Shown here: positions 20,402-29,759 of the stretch, piece by piece
Numbering within the stretch: the first letter of the stretch is position 1
Layout of the letters: every line of letters begins with the position of its first letter
From: Minisyncoccota bacterium
Lineage (GTDB): Bacteria; Patescibacteriota; Minisyncoccia; UBA6257; 2-01-FULL-56-20
Reading direction: 5' to 3'
Assembly: GCA_035541415.1 (NCBI GenBank)
Contig: DATKNI010000030.1
Span: forward strand, 1,621 to 65,620
Length of the DNA stretch: 64,000 nucleotides
Program-made: the position numbers and the translations under genes
Notes under the pieces: model-generated
What the model was told of the DNA's origin: nothing
Databases searched by the model: none
The model's input: the letters and a program-made list of their open reading frames with translations, nothing else

Positions 20402-21382
20402 ATGAACTATCGCACCATCGGGAAAACCGGGATCACCGTTTCCGAGATCGGTTTCGGGGCGTGGGGGATCGGCGGTGAAACGCAGGACGGTGCAAATTCA
20501 TACGGCAAGACCGATGACGCAGAATCAAAGCGCGCGCTGGAGCGCGCCTTTGAACTCGGCATCACGTTCTATGACACCTCAAACATTTATGGCTACGGCC
20601 ACAGCGAGGAATTGCTCGGCGAAGTTTTTAGCAAGCGGCGCGATAAAGTCGTGATAGCGGGAAAAGCGGGATTTACGAAGCACGACGGCCCGCACGATCT
20701 CTCGCCGGCATATTTACGAAAGTGTCTTGAAGAAAGCTTGCGCCGTTTGAAAACCGATTATATCGATGTCTACCAACTTCACAGTCCGCCGATCTCGCTC
20801 ATCGAAGAACATCCGGAATGCGTTGAAGAATTGCAGAAGATGAAATCCGAAGGCAAGATCCGCGCGATCGGCATCTCGGTAAAAGGTCCGGGCGACGCTC
20901 TTCCTGCCATCGAAAAATTTGGTTTCGAATCGGTACAGGTGAATTTCAATCTGATTGACCAGCGCGCGCTCGAGACTGGCGCGTTCGAGGCGGCACGGAA
21001 GCACGGCGCAGGGATCATCGCCCGCACGCCGCTCGCGTTCGGATTTCTCACGGGCGCAATAACCGATCTTCATTTCCCGCCGCATGACCATCGTTCGGCA
21101 TGGCCGGAACGGCAATTGAAGCTGTGGGCGGATGCCCCAAATGCGTTTGCATTCCTTCGCAAAGGGAAAGACTGGACGCCCACGCAGCTTGCCCTCAAGT
21201 TCTGTATCAGTTTTAATGCCGTATCGGCGGTAATTCCCGGGATACTCCATCCAAGCGAGGCCGAGCAAAATGCAGCGGCGAGCGAGGGGGCGCTGCTTAC
21301 CAAGCAGGAGATTGATGCCGCAATTGAGGTCTATAAGACACGCGAGTTTTTCGACAGATCTGCCGTGCGCAAGGTCGCATGA
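20402..21382 (+). CDS. aldo/keto reductase
   Basis: 326 aa AKR (GFGAWGIGG, YDTSNIYGYGHSEELLG). Confidence 0.8.
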   Translation: MNYRTIGKTGITVSEIGFGAWGIGGETQDGANSYGKTDDAESKRALERAFELGITFYDTSNIYGYGHSEELLGEVFSKRRDKVVIAGKAGFTKHDGPHDLSPAYLRKCLEESLRRLKTDYIDVYQLHSPPISLIEEHPECVEELQKMKSEGKIRAIGISVKGPGDALPAIEKFGFESVQVNFNLIDQRALETGAFEAARKHGAGIIARTPLAFGFLTGAITDLHFPPHDHRSAWPERQLKLWADAPNAFAFLRKGKDWTPTQLALKFCISFNAVSAVIPGILHPSEAEQNAAASEGALLTKQEIDAAIEVYKTREFFDRSAVRKVA

Positions 21383-21430
21383 CGCGATTCTTGAAACGCC
21401 CAATTCGGCGTGTTATAGTCGTGTATACCT

Positions 21431-22042
21431 ATGACCAAAGAAGAACTTATCCAATTTGAACAGGAGATAGCTGACGCCTATTGTGCCGGCCAAATCAGGG
21501 GCCCGGTGCATCTTTCTGATGGAAACGAAGACCAGTTGATCGAATTATTTAAAGGCATCAAAAAATCGGACTGGGTTTTTTCGACGTGGCGCAGCCATTA
21601 TCACGCGCTCCTTCACGGCGTTCCCAAAGAAGAGGTGAGAGCCGAGATCATGAAGGCCAACAGCATCACGCTCAGTTTCCCCGAGCACCGCTTTTTCACG
21701 TCCGCAATCGTAAACGGAATCACTCCGATCGCCGTCGGCGCCGCGATGGGCATAAAGAGAAAGGGAGAAGACCGGCATGTTTGGTGTTTTGTCGGTGACA
21801 TGGCGGCGGAAGCGGGAGTTTTCTATGAAAACGTAAAATATGCCGATAACCACGGCCTCCCGATCACGTTCGTTGTCGAAGACAACGGGCAGAGCGTCGG
21901 TACGCCGACGGATGTCGTCTGGGGATACGACAGATCGAAAGAGAAGCCGGATTATTTAAAATGGGACAGGAAGAATTTGATTTATTATCGTTACGAGAAA
22001 AAATGGCCTCACGTCGGGGCTGGCGTATGGGTGACATTCTAA
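21431..22042 (+). CDS. thiamine-diphosphate enzyme, E1-alpha-like (PP-domain) subunit
   Basis: 203 aa, ThDP-binding GDMA...N motif (CFVGDMAAEAGVFYENVKYADNHGLPITFVVEDNG). Confidence 0.6.
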   Translation: MTKEELIQFEQEIADAYCAGQIRGPVHLSDGNEDQLIELFKGIKKSDWVFSTWRSHYHALLHGVPKEEVRAEIMKANSITLSFPEHRFFTSAIVNGITPIAVGAAMGIKRKGEDRHVWCFVGDMAAEAGVFYENVKYADNHGLPITFVVEDNGQSVGTPTDVVWGYDRSKEKPDYLKWDRKNLIYYRYEKKWPHVGAGVWVTF

Positions 22043-22045
22043 ACT

Positions 22046-22588
22046 ATGAAATATCGTGAAGAATTAAGAAGGGCGGTCCTTTATCTCGCAGAACACCCGA
22101 AGACCATTTTTATCGGGCAGAGCGTTTCATATCCCGGCAATGCGATCTATACCGGATCCCTCAAGGATGTCCCAATGGAGAAAAAAATCGAAATGCCCGT
22201 ATTCGAAGAAACGCAAATGGGCATGTCTATCGGCCTCGCCATGGAAGGATTCATTCCGGTCAGCGTTTTCCCTCGGTATAATTTTTTGATTGTTGCGGCA
22301 AACCAGCTCATCAATCATTTGGATAAGATTCCTCATATCTCACATGGCAAACTTCGCCCGAAGGTGATCATAAAGACAATGGTGGGCGGCGTGCGGCCGC
22401 TTGATCCGGGAGTTCAGCACAAAAGCAACTTCACCGAGGCGTTCCGCCATCTCGTTTCGGAAAATATTGTCATCGAAGACCTCACCGAGCCTGAGATGAT
22501 ATTCCCTGCGTATCAGCGGGCGCTTGAAAGGGAAGATGGCAAGTCGACGATTCTGGTTGAGTACGGCGACTTTAATAAGGAAAAATAA
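22046..22588 (+). CDS. thiamine-diphosphate enzyme, E1-beta/transketolase pyrimidine-binding-domain subunit
   Basis: 180 aa Pyr-domain protein (FIGQSV...ETQMGMSIGLAMEG), translationally adjacent to the alpha-like subunit. Confidence 0.6.
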   Translation: MKYREELRRAVLYLAEHPKTIFIGQSVSYPGNAIYTGSLKDVPMEKKIEMPVFEETQMGMSIGLAMEGFIPVSVFPRYNFLIVAANQLINHLDKIPHISHGKLRPKVIIKTMVGGVRPLDPGVQHKSNFTEAFRHLVSENIVIEDLTEPEMIFPAYQRALEREDGKSTILVEYGDFNKEK

Positions 22589-22676
22589 CTCTCTCGCGCG
22601 CAGCGTGGCGAGGGTTTGTCTGGATTTTAGCGCTGGTATCTTCCTTTGGATTGTGGTTTAATACCCGTGTTTCCCT

Positions 22677-23684
22677 ATGATTATCACGCGGACCCCATTT
22701 CGAATGTCATTTTTTGGCGGCGGGACGGACTATCCCGTCTGGTATGAAAAGCACGGAGGTGCGGTACTTTCGACTACAATCGATAGATTTTGTTATGTGA
22801 CGTGCCGTTACTATCCGCCGTTTTTTGACGCCAAGGTGCGCGTCGTTTGGTCAAAGATCGAACTCGTTCAAAACGCGAACGAACTTGAACATCCGATTGC
22901 ACGCCACACGTTAAATTTTTTAAATCTTCCCAAAAATATTGAAATTCATCACGCCGCCGATCTTCCGGCTCGCTCCGGCCTTGGTGCAAGTTCGTCGTTC
23001 ACCGTCGGTCTCTTGAACGCTCTCTATGCGTTGCTTGGGAAAAAGACAACTAAAGCGGATCTGGCTTCCGAGGCCATCCATATCGAGCGCGTGCTTGCCG
23101 GGGAAACCGTCGGCTCGCAGGACCAAGTGGCCGCCGCATTCGGCGGCTTCAATAAGATAGTTTTCCGCACCGACGGGAATATCGAAGTTATTCCTTTGAG
23201 CATTTCAGGCAATGTGCTTCGCGGCCTCAAAGATCGCTTGCTGCTTTTCTTCACCGGCCTTTCGCGCAGCGCTTCCGAAGTCGCGAGCGTACAGGTTAAG
23301 AATACTCCACAGAAAGAAAAAGAGCTGATAGCCATGCACGACATGGTGGACGAAGGGGTGAAATTTCTTGAAAACGGCGCACTCGACGACTTCGGCAAAC
23401 TGCTTCATGAAGCATGGCAGATGAAGCGGAGCTTGACGCCGCTCATCGCGAACGGCCACATCGATGCGATCTATGAAGCTGCGCGGAGCGCAGGCGCGAT
23501 CGGAGGCAAGCTTCTTGGTGCGGGCGGGGGAGGATTTATGCTCGTGTACGCGGATCCTTCCCGGCACAAGGCAATCAAGGAAAAACTTTCAAAATTCCTC
23601 TGCGTGCCATTCGACTTTGAACAAGAGGGGACGCAGGTTATCCACCAGAGCGGAGGCGTACTCGATGGTGTAAACTTTACATAA
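22677..23684 (+). CDS. hddA: GHMP sugar kinase, D-glycero-D-manno-heptose 7-phosphate kinase-like
   Basis: N-terminal RTPFRMSFFGGGTDYP and PARSGLGASSSF GHMP ATP-binding motif, colinear with HddA. Confidence 0.7.
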   Translation: MIITRTPFRMSFFGGGTDYPVWYEKHGGAVLSTTIDRFCYVTCRYYPPFFDAKVRVVWSKIELVQNANELEHPIARHTLNFLNLPKNIEIHHAADLPARSGLGASSSFTVGLLNALYALLGKKTTKADLASEAIHIERVLAGETVGSQDQVAAAFGGFNKIVFRTDGNIEVIPLSISGNVLRGLKDRLLLFFTGLSRSASEVASVQVKNTPQKEKELIAMHDMVDEGVKFLENGALDDFGKLLHEAWQMKRSLTPLIANGHIDAIYEAARSAGAIGGKLLGAGGGGFMLVYADPSRHKAIKEKLSKFLCVPFDFEQEGTQVIHQSGGVLDGVNFT

Positions 23685-23697
23685 TCATTAAAAAACC

Positions 23698-24696
23698 ATG
23701 AACGACCAACCCCAAAACAAAGCTCCCCGGATCTCGATTTTGATGCCGTCGTGGAATGCGGAAAAATATGTTGCGAGCACGCTCGATACGATCGTCATGC
23801 AGTCGTTCACGGATTGGGAAGCGATCGTTATGGATGGCGGATCCAAAGATCGGACTGTGGAAATTGCCCGCGGATACCAGAAGAAATATCCGAATATCCG
23901 CATATTTTCTGAGCCGGACGAAGGTCCATATCATGCAATCCACAAAGCTGCCCTTGCCGCGCGGGGCGAATTTTTAGTTGAAATGTGTTTTTCGGATGGC
24001 TATCTCGATAAGGATTGGTTTGCGAAGTGCGTTGCCGCGATGGATGCCGACCCGGAACTTTCGCTCGTGTGGGGCATTCCTTTTGACATGACGGAAGAAG
24101 GAGAGCTCAAAGGCCCAAGTTATGTATATGCCCGTTTCCTTCCAGATGAATACCGGGCGAAAAGCCCCAAAACCCCAGTGCTCAAAAAATTTATTAAGAA
24201 AATCGACGTTCGCCGTCCGTCGTCAATTTTGCGCGTAATCAAAAAAATCAATCCCACAAACGCGCGCATGGCGATCCACATGTTCAAACACGAAGAGCCA
24301 AAAAACAAAGAGGCATGGTTCCTCTATTGGCTCGAAACCGGAACAATTTTTCCGGATCTCAACATGTTCATGACAAAGAAAGTCTTTTTTGATTGCATGG
24401 AGCCATATGTCATGGGAACCCGTGAGACTGGCGATTGGATGCAATTTTATTTCAACTTCAACACCAAAGGATTCCTCTCGCGATGCATTCCGGTTCCGGC
24501 AAACTTCGGCCGCGTGCATGAAGGATCGGTGAGCGATCGTGTGAGAGGGTACAACGACGAGAAGCATCGTCGATATATAAAAATGGTCGTCGAGTTTGAG
24601 AAAAAGACACTATCACATCCCGGACAATTTTCGTTCGTCGATCGCGAAGGAAATCCGGTGCGGACGCTCGCCGACTACCAAGGAGGGCCCCGATAA
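23698..24696 (+). CDS. glycosyltransferase family 2
   Basis: ISILMPSWNAEKYV... N-terminal GT-A fold with a DxD region. Confidence 0.75.
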   Translation: MNDQPQNKAPRISILMPSWNAEKYVASTLDTIVMQSFTDWEAIVMDGGSKDRTVEIARGYQKKYPNIRIFSEPDEGPYHAIHKAALAARGEFLVEMCFSDGYLDKDWFAKCVAAMDADPELSLVWGIPFDMTEEGELKGPSYVYARFLPDEYRAKSPKTPVLKKFIKKIDVRRPSSILRVIKKINPTNARMAIHMFKHEEPKNKEAWFLYWLETGTIFPDLNMFMTKKVFFDCMEPYVMGTRETGDWMQFYFNFNTKGFLSRCIPVPANFGRVHEGSVSDRVRGYNDEKHRRYIKMVVEFEKKTLSHPGQFSFVDREGNPVRTLADYQGGPR

Positions 24697-24721
24697 ATAA
24701 AGGGCGGCGGCAGGGGATTCG

Positions 24722-25891
24722 TCAACGACCGATGATCGATTTGATTGCCGCTTTCACAGTCGGCGACTTCAGCGCCGTTTTTTTAAGATTGTTTGCAATC
24801 GCACGTTTTGCAGAGGCGCTCCGGTCTTGTCTGAAAATTGCATCCCGGTAAGGAGCCACCGCCTCGATTGCCTTCTTATTCGCATACCAGAGTTTTTTCC
24901 GTCCATCAATTGAATAACATGTCAGATATTTTGAAAGGATGGATTTGATGGAGGTGAGAACCTTGACCCCCTTTTCGACATAAGCGAGATCGTCATAGAC
25001 CGTGTCGTGGTTTTCTTCATACAGCAAGCCCTTTTCGGCGATGGTTGATCCGATGATGCCAGCGTATTCATCAACCTGATTTCGCGTCATTTCCCCGAAC
25101 GAGCCGGTGTTGATAATGAGGTCGAATTTTGTGACATTGACAAGGTCCTGAGCCAGAAAATTCGGCACGAAAGTAAAGCGGCTTCCCTTTGGATCGAGAA
25201 CCGATTTGTCGCGGCCGTCGTAGATCGATTTCTCATCCACATACTGCGGCATTGTGACTTGCAGATAGATGGAAGAAAAGAAAAGCGATTCGGCGAGGTC
25301 AATCATATAGTAGCGCGCATTAGGCAAAAGCTCTTTTAGCTTATAGGCGAGCGCTCCGTAGCCGCTTCCAATCTCGAGTATTTTTGGCTCCTCAAGTGTT
25401 GCCAGGCGATCAAGCACGCCCTCGAAATATAATGCGGAAATATGCTTTTGATACATAAGCGTATCATCATTCACGATGCCGCCATTTATAACCCACCCGC
25501 ACTCTGCCATGATCCGCGGTGGACGATAAATATATTTGTCGGGAAGGCCTGCGGTCTTTTTCTTATAGGCTTTCAATAATTTTTTGGGGACGACGTTGTG
25601 GTGGGCGATTGTGTAGGGGAGCAGGGAATTACCGGGAAAAAGATACGTGTGCAAGCGCCAGGTGTTTACAACCTCATACGTCGGGTTAAAACAATATGCC
25701 ATAAGCTGGATCAGGTCCCAGATAAAATTTGGATCGACCGTGCCAGGATTGGACGTCTCCCGCTCTGCTATGAGTTTGCCACGATGGGCAATGATACTTC
25801 TTAGTTTTCCCGCCAAGAGTGATGCCTTGCGATAGTCTTCCTGCGAAATACTCGGGAAATTTTCCTCGAAGAGCTTTTTGCTGTTCTCCAT
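24722..25891 (-). CDS. putative sugar O-methyltransferase (class I SAM-MTase)
   Basis: 389 aa. SAM-binding ILEIGSGYGALA motif in an architecture typical of LPS/glycan-cluster sugar O-MTases. Confidence 0.5.
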   Translation of the reverse strand: MENSKKLFEENFPSISQEDYRKASLLAGKLRSIIAHRGKLIAERETSNPGTVDPNFIWDLIQLMAYCFNPTYEVVNTWRLHTYLFPGNSLLPYTIAHHNVVPKKLLKAYKKKTAGLPDKYIYRPPRIMAECGWVINGGIVNDDTLMYQKHISALYFEGVLDRLATLEEPKILEIGSGYGALAYKLKELLPNARYYMIDLAESLFFSSIYLQVTMPQYVDEKSIYDGRDKSVLDPKGSRFTFVPNFLAQDLVNVTKFDLIINTGSFGEMTRNQVDEYAGIIGSTIAEKGLLYEENHDTVYDDLAYVEKGVKVLTSIKSILSKYLTCYSIDGRKKLWYANKKAIEAVAPYRDAIFRQDRSASAKRAIANNLKKTALKSPTVKAAIKSIIGR

Positions 25892-25942
25892 AATTCCCTT
25901 ATTATATCATCAGTTTTCGGTTAGCTGCTAGTATGTCTTGCC

Positions 25943-26797
25943 GTGTATAATATAGTGGTGAAAACCACCGTCGTAAGCATCCTTATGCCGACCTATAATC
26001 GCGTCGGCCTCCTCGAGCGGTCCATCAAAAGCATCCTGCGGCAGTCGTTTGCCGATTTTGAATTGCTCATCGTGAACGACGCCTCGACCGACGGCACAAA
26101 GGCATACCTCGACTCGCTTGCCGCGCACGATGCGCGCGTGCGGCCGATCCATAACGCCCGCAACAACTATCCGGATATTTCAAAAAATTTGAACGAAGGC
26201 CTCATGCAGGCGCGCGGCAAATATATCGCGCGGCTTGATGACGACGATTATTGGTGCGATGACGAAAAATTGCAAAAACAAGTTTCATTCCTCGATTCGC
26301 ATCCCGATTATATGATCGTCGGCGGAGGAACGATCGTGATCGACGAAAACGATACGGAGCGGTTCCGGTATTTGAAACTCGAAACGGATGAAGCGATCCG
26401 CAGCAAGGCGCTTTTTGCAAATCCATTCACGCATTCCACGGTGATGTTCCGCCGCGAGGATGCCGTTGCCGTCGGCGGATATGGCAACTTCAAAAATGCG
26501 GAAGATTGGGAGTTGTGGCTCAAGCTCGGCGTGCGCGGGAAGTTCTATAACTTCCAGGAATATTTTGTGCGTTATCTGCTCACCTCGCAAAGCAAAACAT
26601 TTTTATTCAAGCGTTCGCAATCGGAGGAAATATTAAAAATTATTAAAGCGCACCGGAACGAATATCCCAACTTTCTTGGCGGTTACCTGCTGAATTTCGG
26701 CCAGTATTGCTACAGTTTATTGCCCGACGGCTTGCGCAATGCCCTCTACAACACGCTCTCGCGCGCCAAGCGCACGGTATTCTCTTCGCAATCATAA
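25943..26797 (+). CDS. glycosyltransferase family 2
   Basis: VSILMPTYNR...LIVNDASTDGT GT-A signature. GTG start; the exact start is uncertain (alternatives 25955/25958). Confidence 0.75.
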   Translation: MYNIVVKTTVVSILMPTYNRVGLLERSIKSILRQSFADFELLIVNDASTDGTKAYLDSLAAHDARVRPIHNARNNYPDISKNLNEGLMQARGKYIARLDDDDYWCDDEKLQKQVSFLDSHPDYMIVGGGTIVIDENDTERFRYLKLETDEAIRSKALFANPFTHSTVMFRREDAVAVGGYGNFKNAEDWELWLKLGVRGKFYNFQEYFVRYLLTSQSKTFLFKRSQSEEILKIIKAHRNEYPNFLGGYLLNFGQYCYSLLPDGLRNALYNTLSRAKRTVFSSQS

Positions 26798-26823
26798 ATT
26801 CGTATTACAATTGAGGAGTAACC

Positions 26824-27393
26824 ATGGACGACACCATAGCATTGGCATTTCTTGACCAGGACGGCGTGATCACAAAAGAAGTCCACCATCTCCATCGCAT
26901 GGAAGATTTGGAAATTCTTCCGAATGTCGCGAAGGCGATCCGCGCAATCCGGGCGAAAGGATTTAAGATTGCCGTCATCACGAACCAAGCCGCTGTTGCA
27001 AAAGGGATTGTCGAGCTCGATCAGGTTCTCGCCCTCCAAAAAGAAATCGTGCGCCGGCTTGCCGACGAGGGCGCCGTCATCGATGGCTATTTTTATTGCC
27101 CCCATCATCCGCAAGGGACGGTCGAGCCGTACAACCGTGAATGCGACTGCCGCAAGCCGGAGCCTGGCATGTTCAAAAGGGCGGCCGTAGAGTTCCAAGA
27201 AAAATTCGGCAAAAAAGTCGATTTCTCGGCGAGTGTTACGGTCGGTGATAAGACAGGCGATATCCTTGCCGGGCAAGCGGTCGGAACGCGGACCGTTTTG
27301 GTAGAGACCGGCTACGGCGGCAAAGACGGCGTGCACGAGGCAACCCCTGATTTCGTCGCCAAAGACCTCTTTGATGCGGTTCAGTACTTCTAA
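26824..27393 (+). CDS. gmhB: D-glycero-D-manno-heptose 1,7-bisphosphate phosphatase (HAD-IIIA)
   Basis: LDQDGVIT HAD motif I and YFYCPHHPQG...CDCRKPEPGM zinc-binding insert diagnostic for GmhB. Confidence 0.85.
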   Translation: MDDTIALAFLDQDGVITKEVHHLHRMEDLEILPNVAKAIRAIRAKGFKIAVITNQAAVAKGIVELDQVLALQKEIVRRLADEGAVIDGYFYCPHHPQGTVEPYNRECDCRKPEPGMFKRAAVEFQEKFGKKVDFSASVTVGDKTGDILAGQAVGTRTVLVETGYGGKDGVHEATPDFVAKDLFDAVQYF

Positions 27394-27460
27394 CCGTATA
27401 ACCAAGAGCAAATCCCCGTGGGATTGATAATATTTCACAAATCTGTTTAATATATAGCGT

Positions 27461-28180
27461 ATGAAAGGCGTTATTCTCGCAGGTGGAAACGGAACCCGAT
27501 TGCGTCCAGTGACCTTCGAAATTCCCAAACCCCTCATCACGATTAAGAAAAAGCCGCTCATCAATTATAATCTCGATCTTCTGACCGCGGCGCATGTTGA
27601 CGACGTCAAGGTGATTATTCGTCCGCAGGACGATCCGGATTACAAGCGCTGGCTCCGCGAATATGCGCCCCACTATCCTTCGATGAACATCGAGCTTATC
27701 CTCGAATCGGAGCCGATGGGGACGCTCGGCTATGTTTTCCATCATCTCCAATCGTGGATCGGCAAGGATGATGTGTTTGTGGTGAACGGCGACGTGATCC
27801 ACAAAGGCGTCGACGTGAAAGCGATGCTCAAGCACCACGGCACGATTGGCATGCCCGCGACGATCGCGCTCATCAAAGTGGATCGTCCCGACGATTATGG
27901 CACGGCAGTTCTTGACGGCCACACCATTACTGAATTTGCGGAAAAAAAGAAAGGCCTTCCCGCCGGCCTTGTAAACGCTGGCCTCTACATGATCACGAAC
28001 AAGGCGCTGAAGCACATTGCGGAAGCCGGCGTCACCGGTCCGAAATATTTAATGTTTGAAAAAGAGATGTTCCCGGTGCTCGCAAACAGCAAGAAACTCG
28101 GCGGCTTTGTTGCCGACGGCGGCATGTTCTACGATTGCGGCACGTTTGAACGCTGGGAGAAGGCGATCAACGAAGTTTAA
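27461..28180 (+). CDS. hddC: sugar-1-phosphate nucleotidyltransferase, heptose-1-phosphate guanylyltransferase-like
   Basis: N-terminal GVILAGGNGTRLRP..FEIPKPL NTP-transferase motif; directly after gmhB. Confidence 0.65.
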   Translation: MKGVILAGGNGTRLRPVTFEIPKPLITIKKKPLINYNLDLLTAAHVDDVKVIIRPQDDPDYKRWLREYAPHYPSMNIELILESEPMGTLGYVFHHLQSWIGKDDVFVVNGDVIHKGVDVKAMLKHHGTIGMPATIALIKVDRPDDYGTAVLDGHTITEFAEKKKGLPAGLVNAGLYMITNKALKHIAEAGVTGPKYLMFEKEMFPVLANSKKLGGFVADGGMFYDCGTFERWEKAINEV

Positions 28181-29685
28181 ACAATCGGTGCTGCCGGATC
28201 CTGCGTGGGAAAGATGAGCCGCTTCATTTCAATGAGGAGCGGCTCCCGGAAAAGGCGCAAAGCTCCAAAGAAAACGATCACCGAAATGACGATGGTTGCT
28301 ATCACGTTCAGATGGGCAAAATAAAGGCCAAGGGTGACAAGGCCCATGGCTGCGCTCGCGAAGACGATCTTTTTGAGATGCGGTGCCACTTCGAAGTAAT
28401 TAAGTTTTTTCATGATATGCCAGAGATACCAGTTGGTCACGATCTGCGTGATGAGGGTTCCGATGGCAGATCCCGTCATGCCGAACGGCGGAATGAGGAT
28501 GATGTCGAGCGCTACGTTCAACGCGCCAGCGATAGCGGAGGTGATAATGAGGCTCCGCTGGTGGTTGTAGGCGAATATGGCGTTGCTCACGATCGTCGCG
28601 GGGAAGTCGACGATCATTGTGAGCATGAGGATTTTGAACGCCAGGCTGCCTGATGCGTATGCGCCGCCAAAGATGAACGTCATGATGGGGGTTCCCAGAA
28701 TGAAACCGCCGATCGCGAGCGGAAGGGAGCCAATGAAGACGATGCTCACGGCCCGCTCCAGCGCCGCGCGGAAGCGCTCATTGTCTTTGCCCGCAAGGCG
28801 CGAGAAAAGCGGCAGGGTGCTGAATTGGATAACGGTGGGAACAAGATAGAGCACCTGCACGACGCGGATGGCGGCGGAGTAGATGCCGACTTCCGAAGCG
28901 CTCCGCATCCAGCTCAAGATGAGAATGTCGGCGTTCGTGAGGAGAAGGCCGAGCGCGCTCGTTACGGCAAACGGCCACGCCGCCTTGAGAACGGGGGAGA
29001 CGAGCGAGGACGTGAAATGCCGCGAAAGATCTTTGAAGTACGTGCGAATGATGATGATTGCAAGCGATATGCCGAGGATGTCTCCCCCAACGTATGCCCA
29101 CGCAAGCGATGACGGCGCTTTTACGAGCGTTATAAAAAGGAATCCAAAAAGGAGAATGCCGATATTCGTGAGGATGAATATCGCCGCGTCATACTCCATG
29201 TGCTCCATGCCGCGCGCAACGGATGTGAAGAAGTCGCGAAGCGTGTCGAGGGCGAGGATGATGGCGACGATCGGGAGCAGTGCCTTTGCTCCGGGCAGGG
29301 TCGAAAAGAACGGGGCAATAAAGATGATGACGCCAACGCCCACGAGCATGAGGACGATTTTCATGGCGAACGTCGTCGAGAAAAGCTTGTGGCGGTCCTC
29401 GTCGTCCGATTTTGCGATATCGCGCATGAGGATGCCGTTCAGGCCCGGATCCATGAAAAGCGTGAGGAAGCCGGAGAGCGTGATGGCGTAGGAAAACACG
29501 CCCCATCCTTCGGTGCCGAGGACGCGGGCGCCATAAATGACGATGGCGGCTTTGATAAATCGTCCGCCAAAATTGGAGACCGAAAGCCAAAAGCTGTTTT
29601 TGGCGATGGTCTGTTTCGCCGATTCATTCTTGAAAAGAAATGCCTTGATGCGGGCGGAAAACGGCGGTCGAGCTTCTGATTCCAT
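28177..29685 (-). CDS. Wzx-type polysaccharide flippase (MOP superfamily)
   Basis: About 500 aa with 12-14 TM helices, polysaccharide-biosynthesis-protein architecture. ATG at 29683-29685 (MESEARPP...) chosen over the longer upstream extension. Confidence 0.7.
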   Translation of the reverse strand: MESEARPPFSARIKAFLFKNESAKQTIAKNSFWLSVSNFGGRFIKAAIVIYGARVLGTEGWGVFSYAITLSGFLTLFMDPGLNGILMRDIAKSDDEDRHKLFSTTFAMKIVLMLVGVGVIIFIAPFFSTLPGAKALLPIVAIILALDTLRDFFTSVARGMEHMEYDAAIFILTNIGILLFGFLFITLVKAPSSLAWAYVGGDILGISLAIIIIRTYFKDLSRHFTSSLVSPVLKAAWPFAVTSALGLLLTNADILILSWMRSASEVGIYSAAIRVVQVLYLVPTVIQFSTLPLFSRLAGKDNERFRAALERAVSIVFIGSLPLAIGGFILGTPIMTFIFGGAYASGSLAFKILMLTMIVDFPATIVSNAIFAYNHQRSLIITSAIAGALNVALDIILIPPFGMTGSAIGTLITQIVTNWYLWHIMKKLNYFEVAPHLKKIVFASAAMGLVTLGLYFAHLNVIATIVISVIVFFGALRLFREPLLIEMKRLIFPTQDPAAPIV

Positions 29686-29759
29686 GGTTATTAGTGTACC
29701 GCAACCGCGGGACTTTCGCATTTTAGAATTTTTTAATCTCCGACGTGCTAGGGTTTCAT

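Noticed and set aside
21431-22588. Pyruvate or acetoin dehydrogenase complex E1
   Set aside because: The subunits are far shorter than true E1-alpha/beta (203 and 180 aa versus ~330 aa each), no E2/E3 genes are adjacent, and the context is a nucleotide-sugar cluster. Treated instead as a minimal sugar-modifying ThDP enzyme (see findings).
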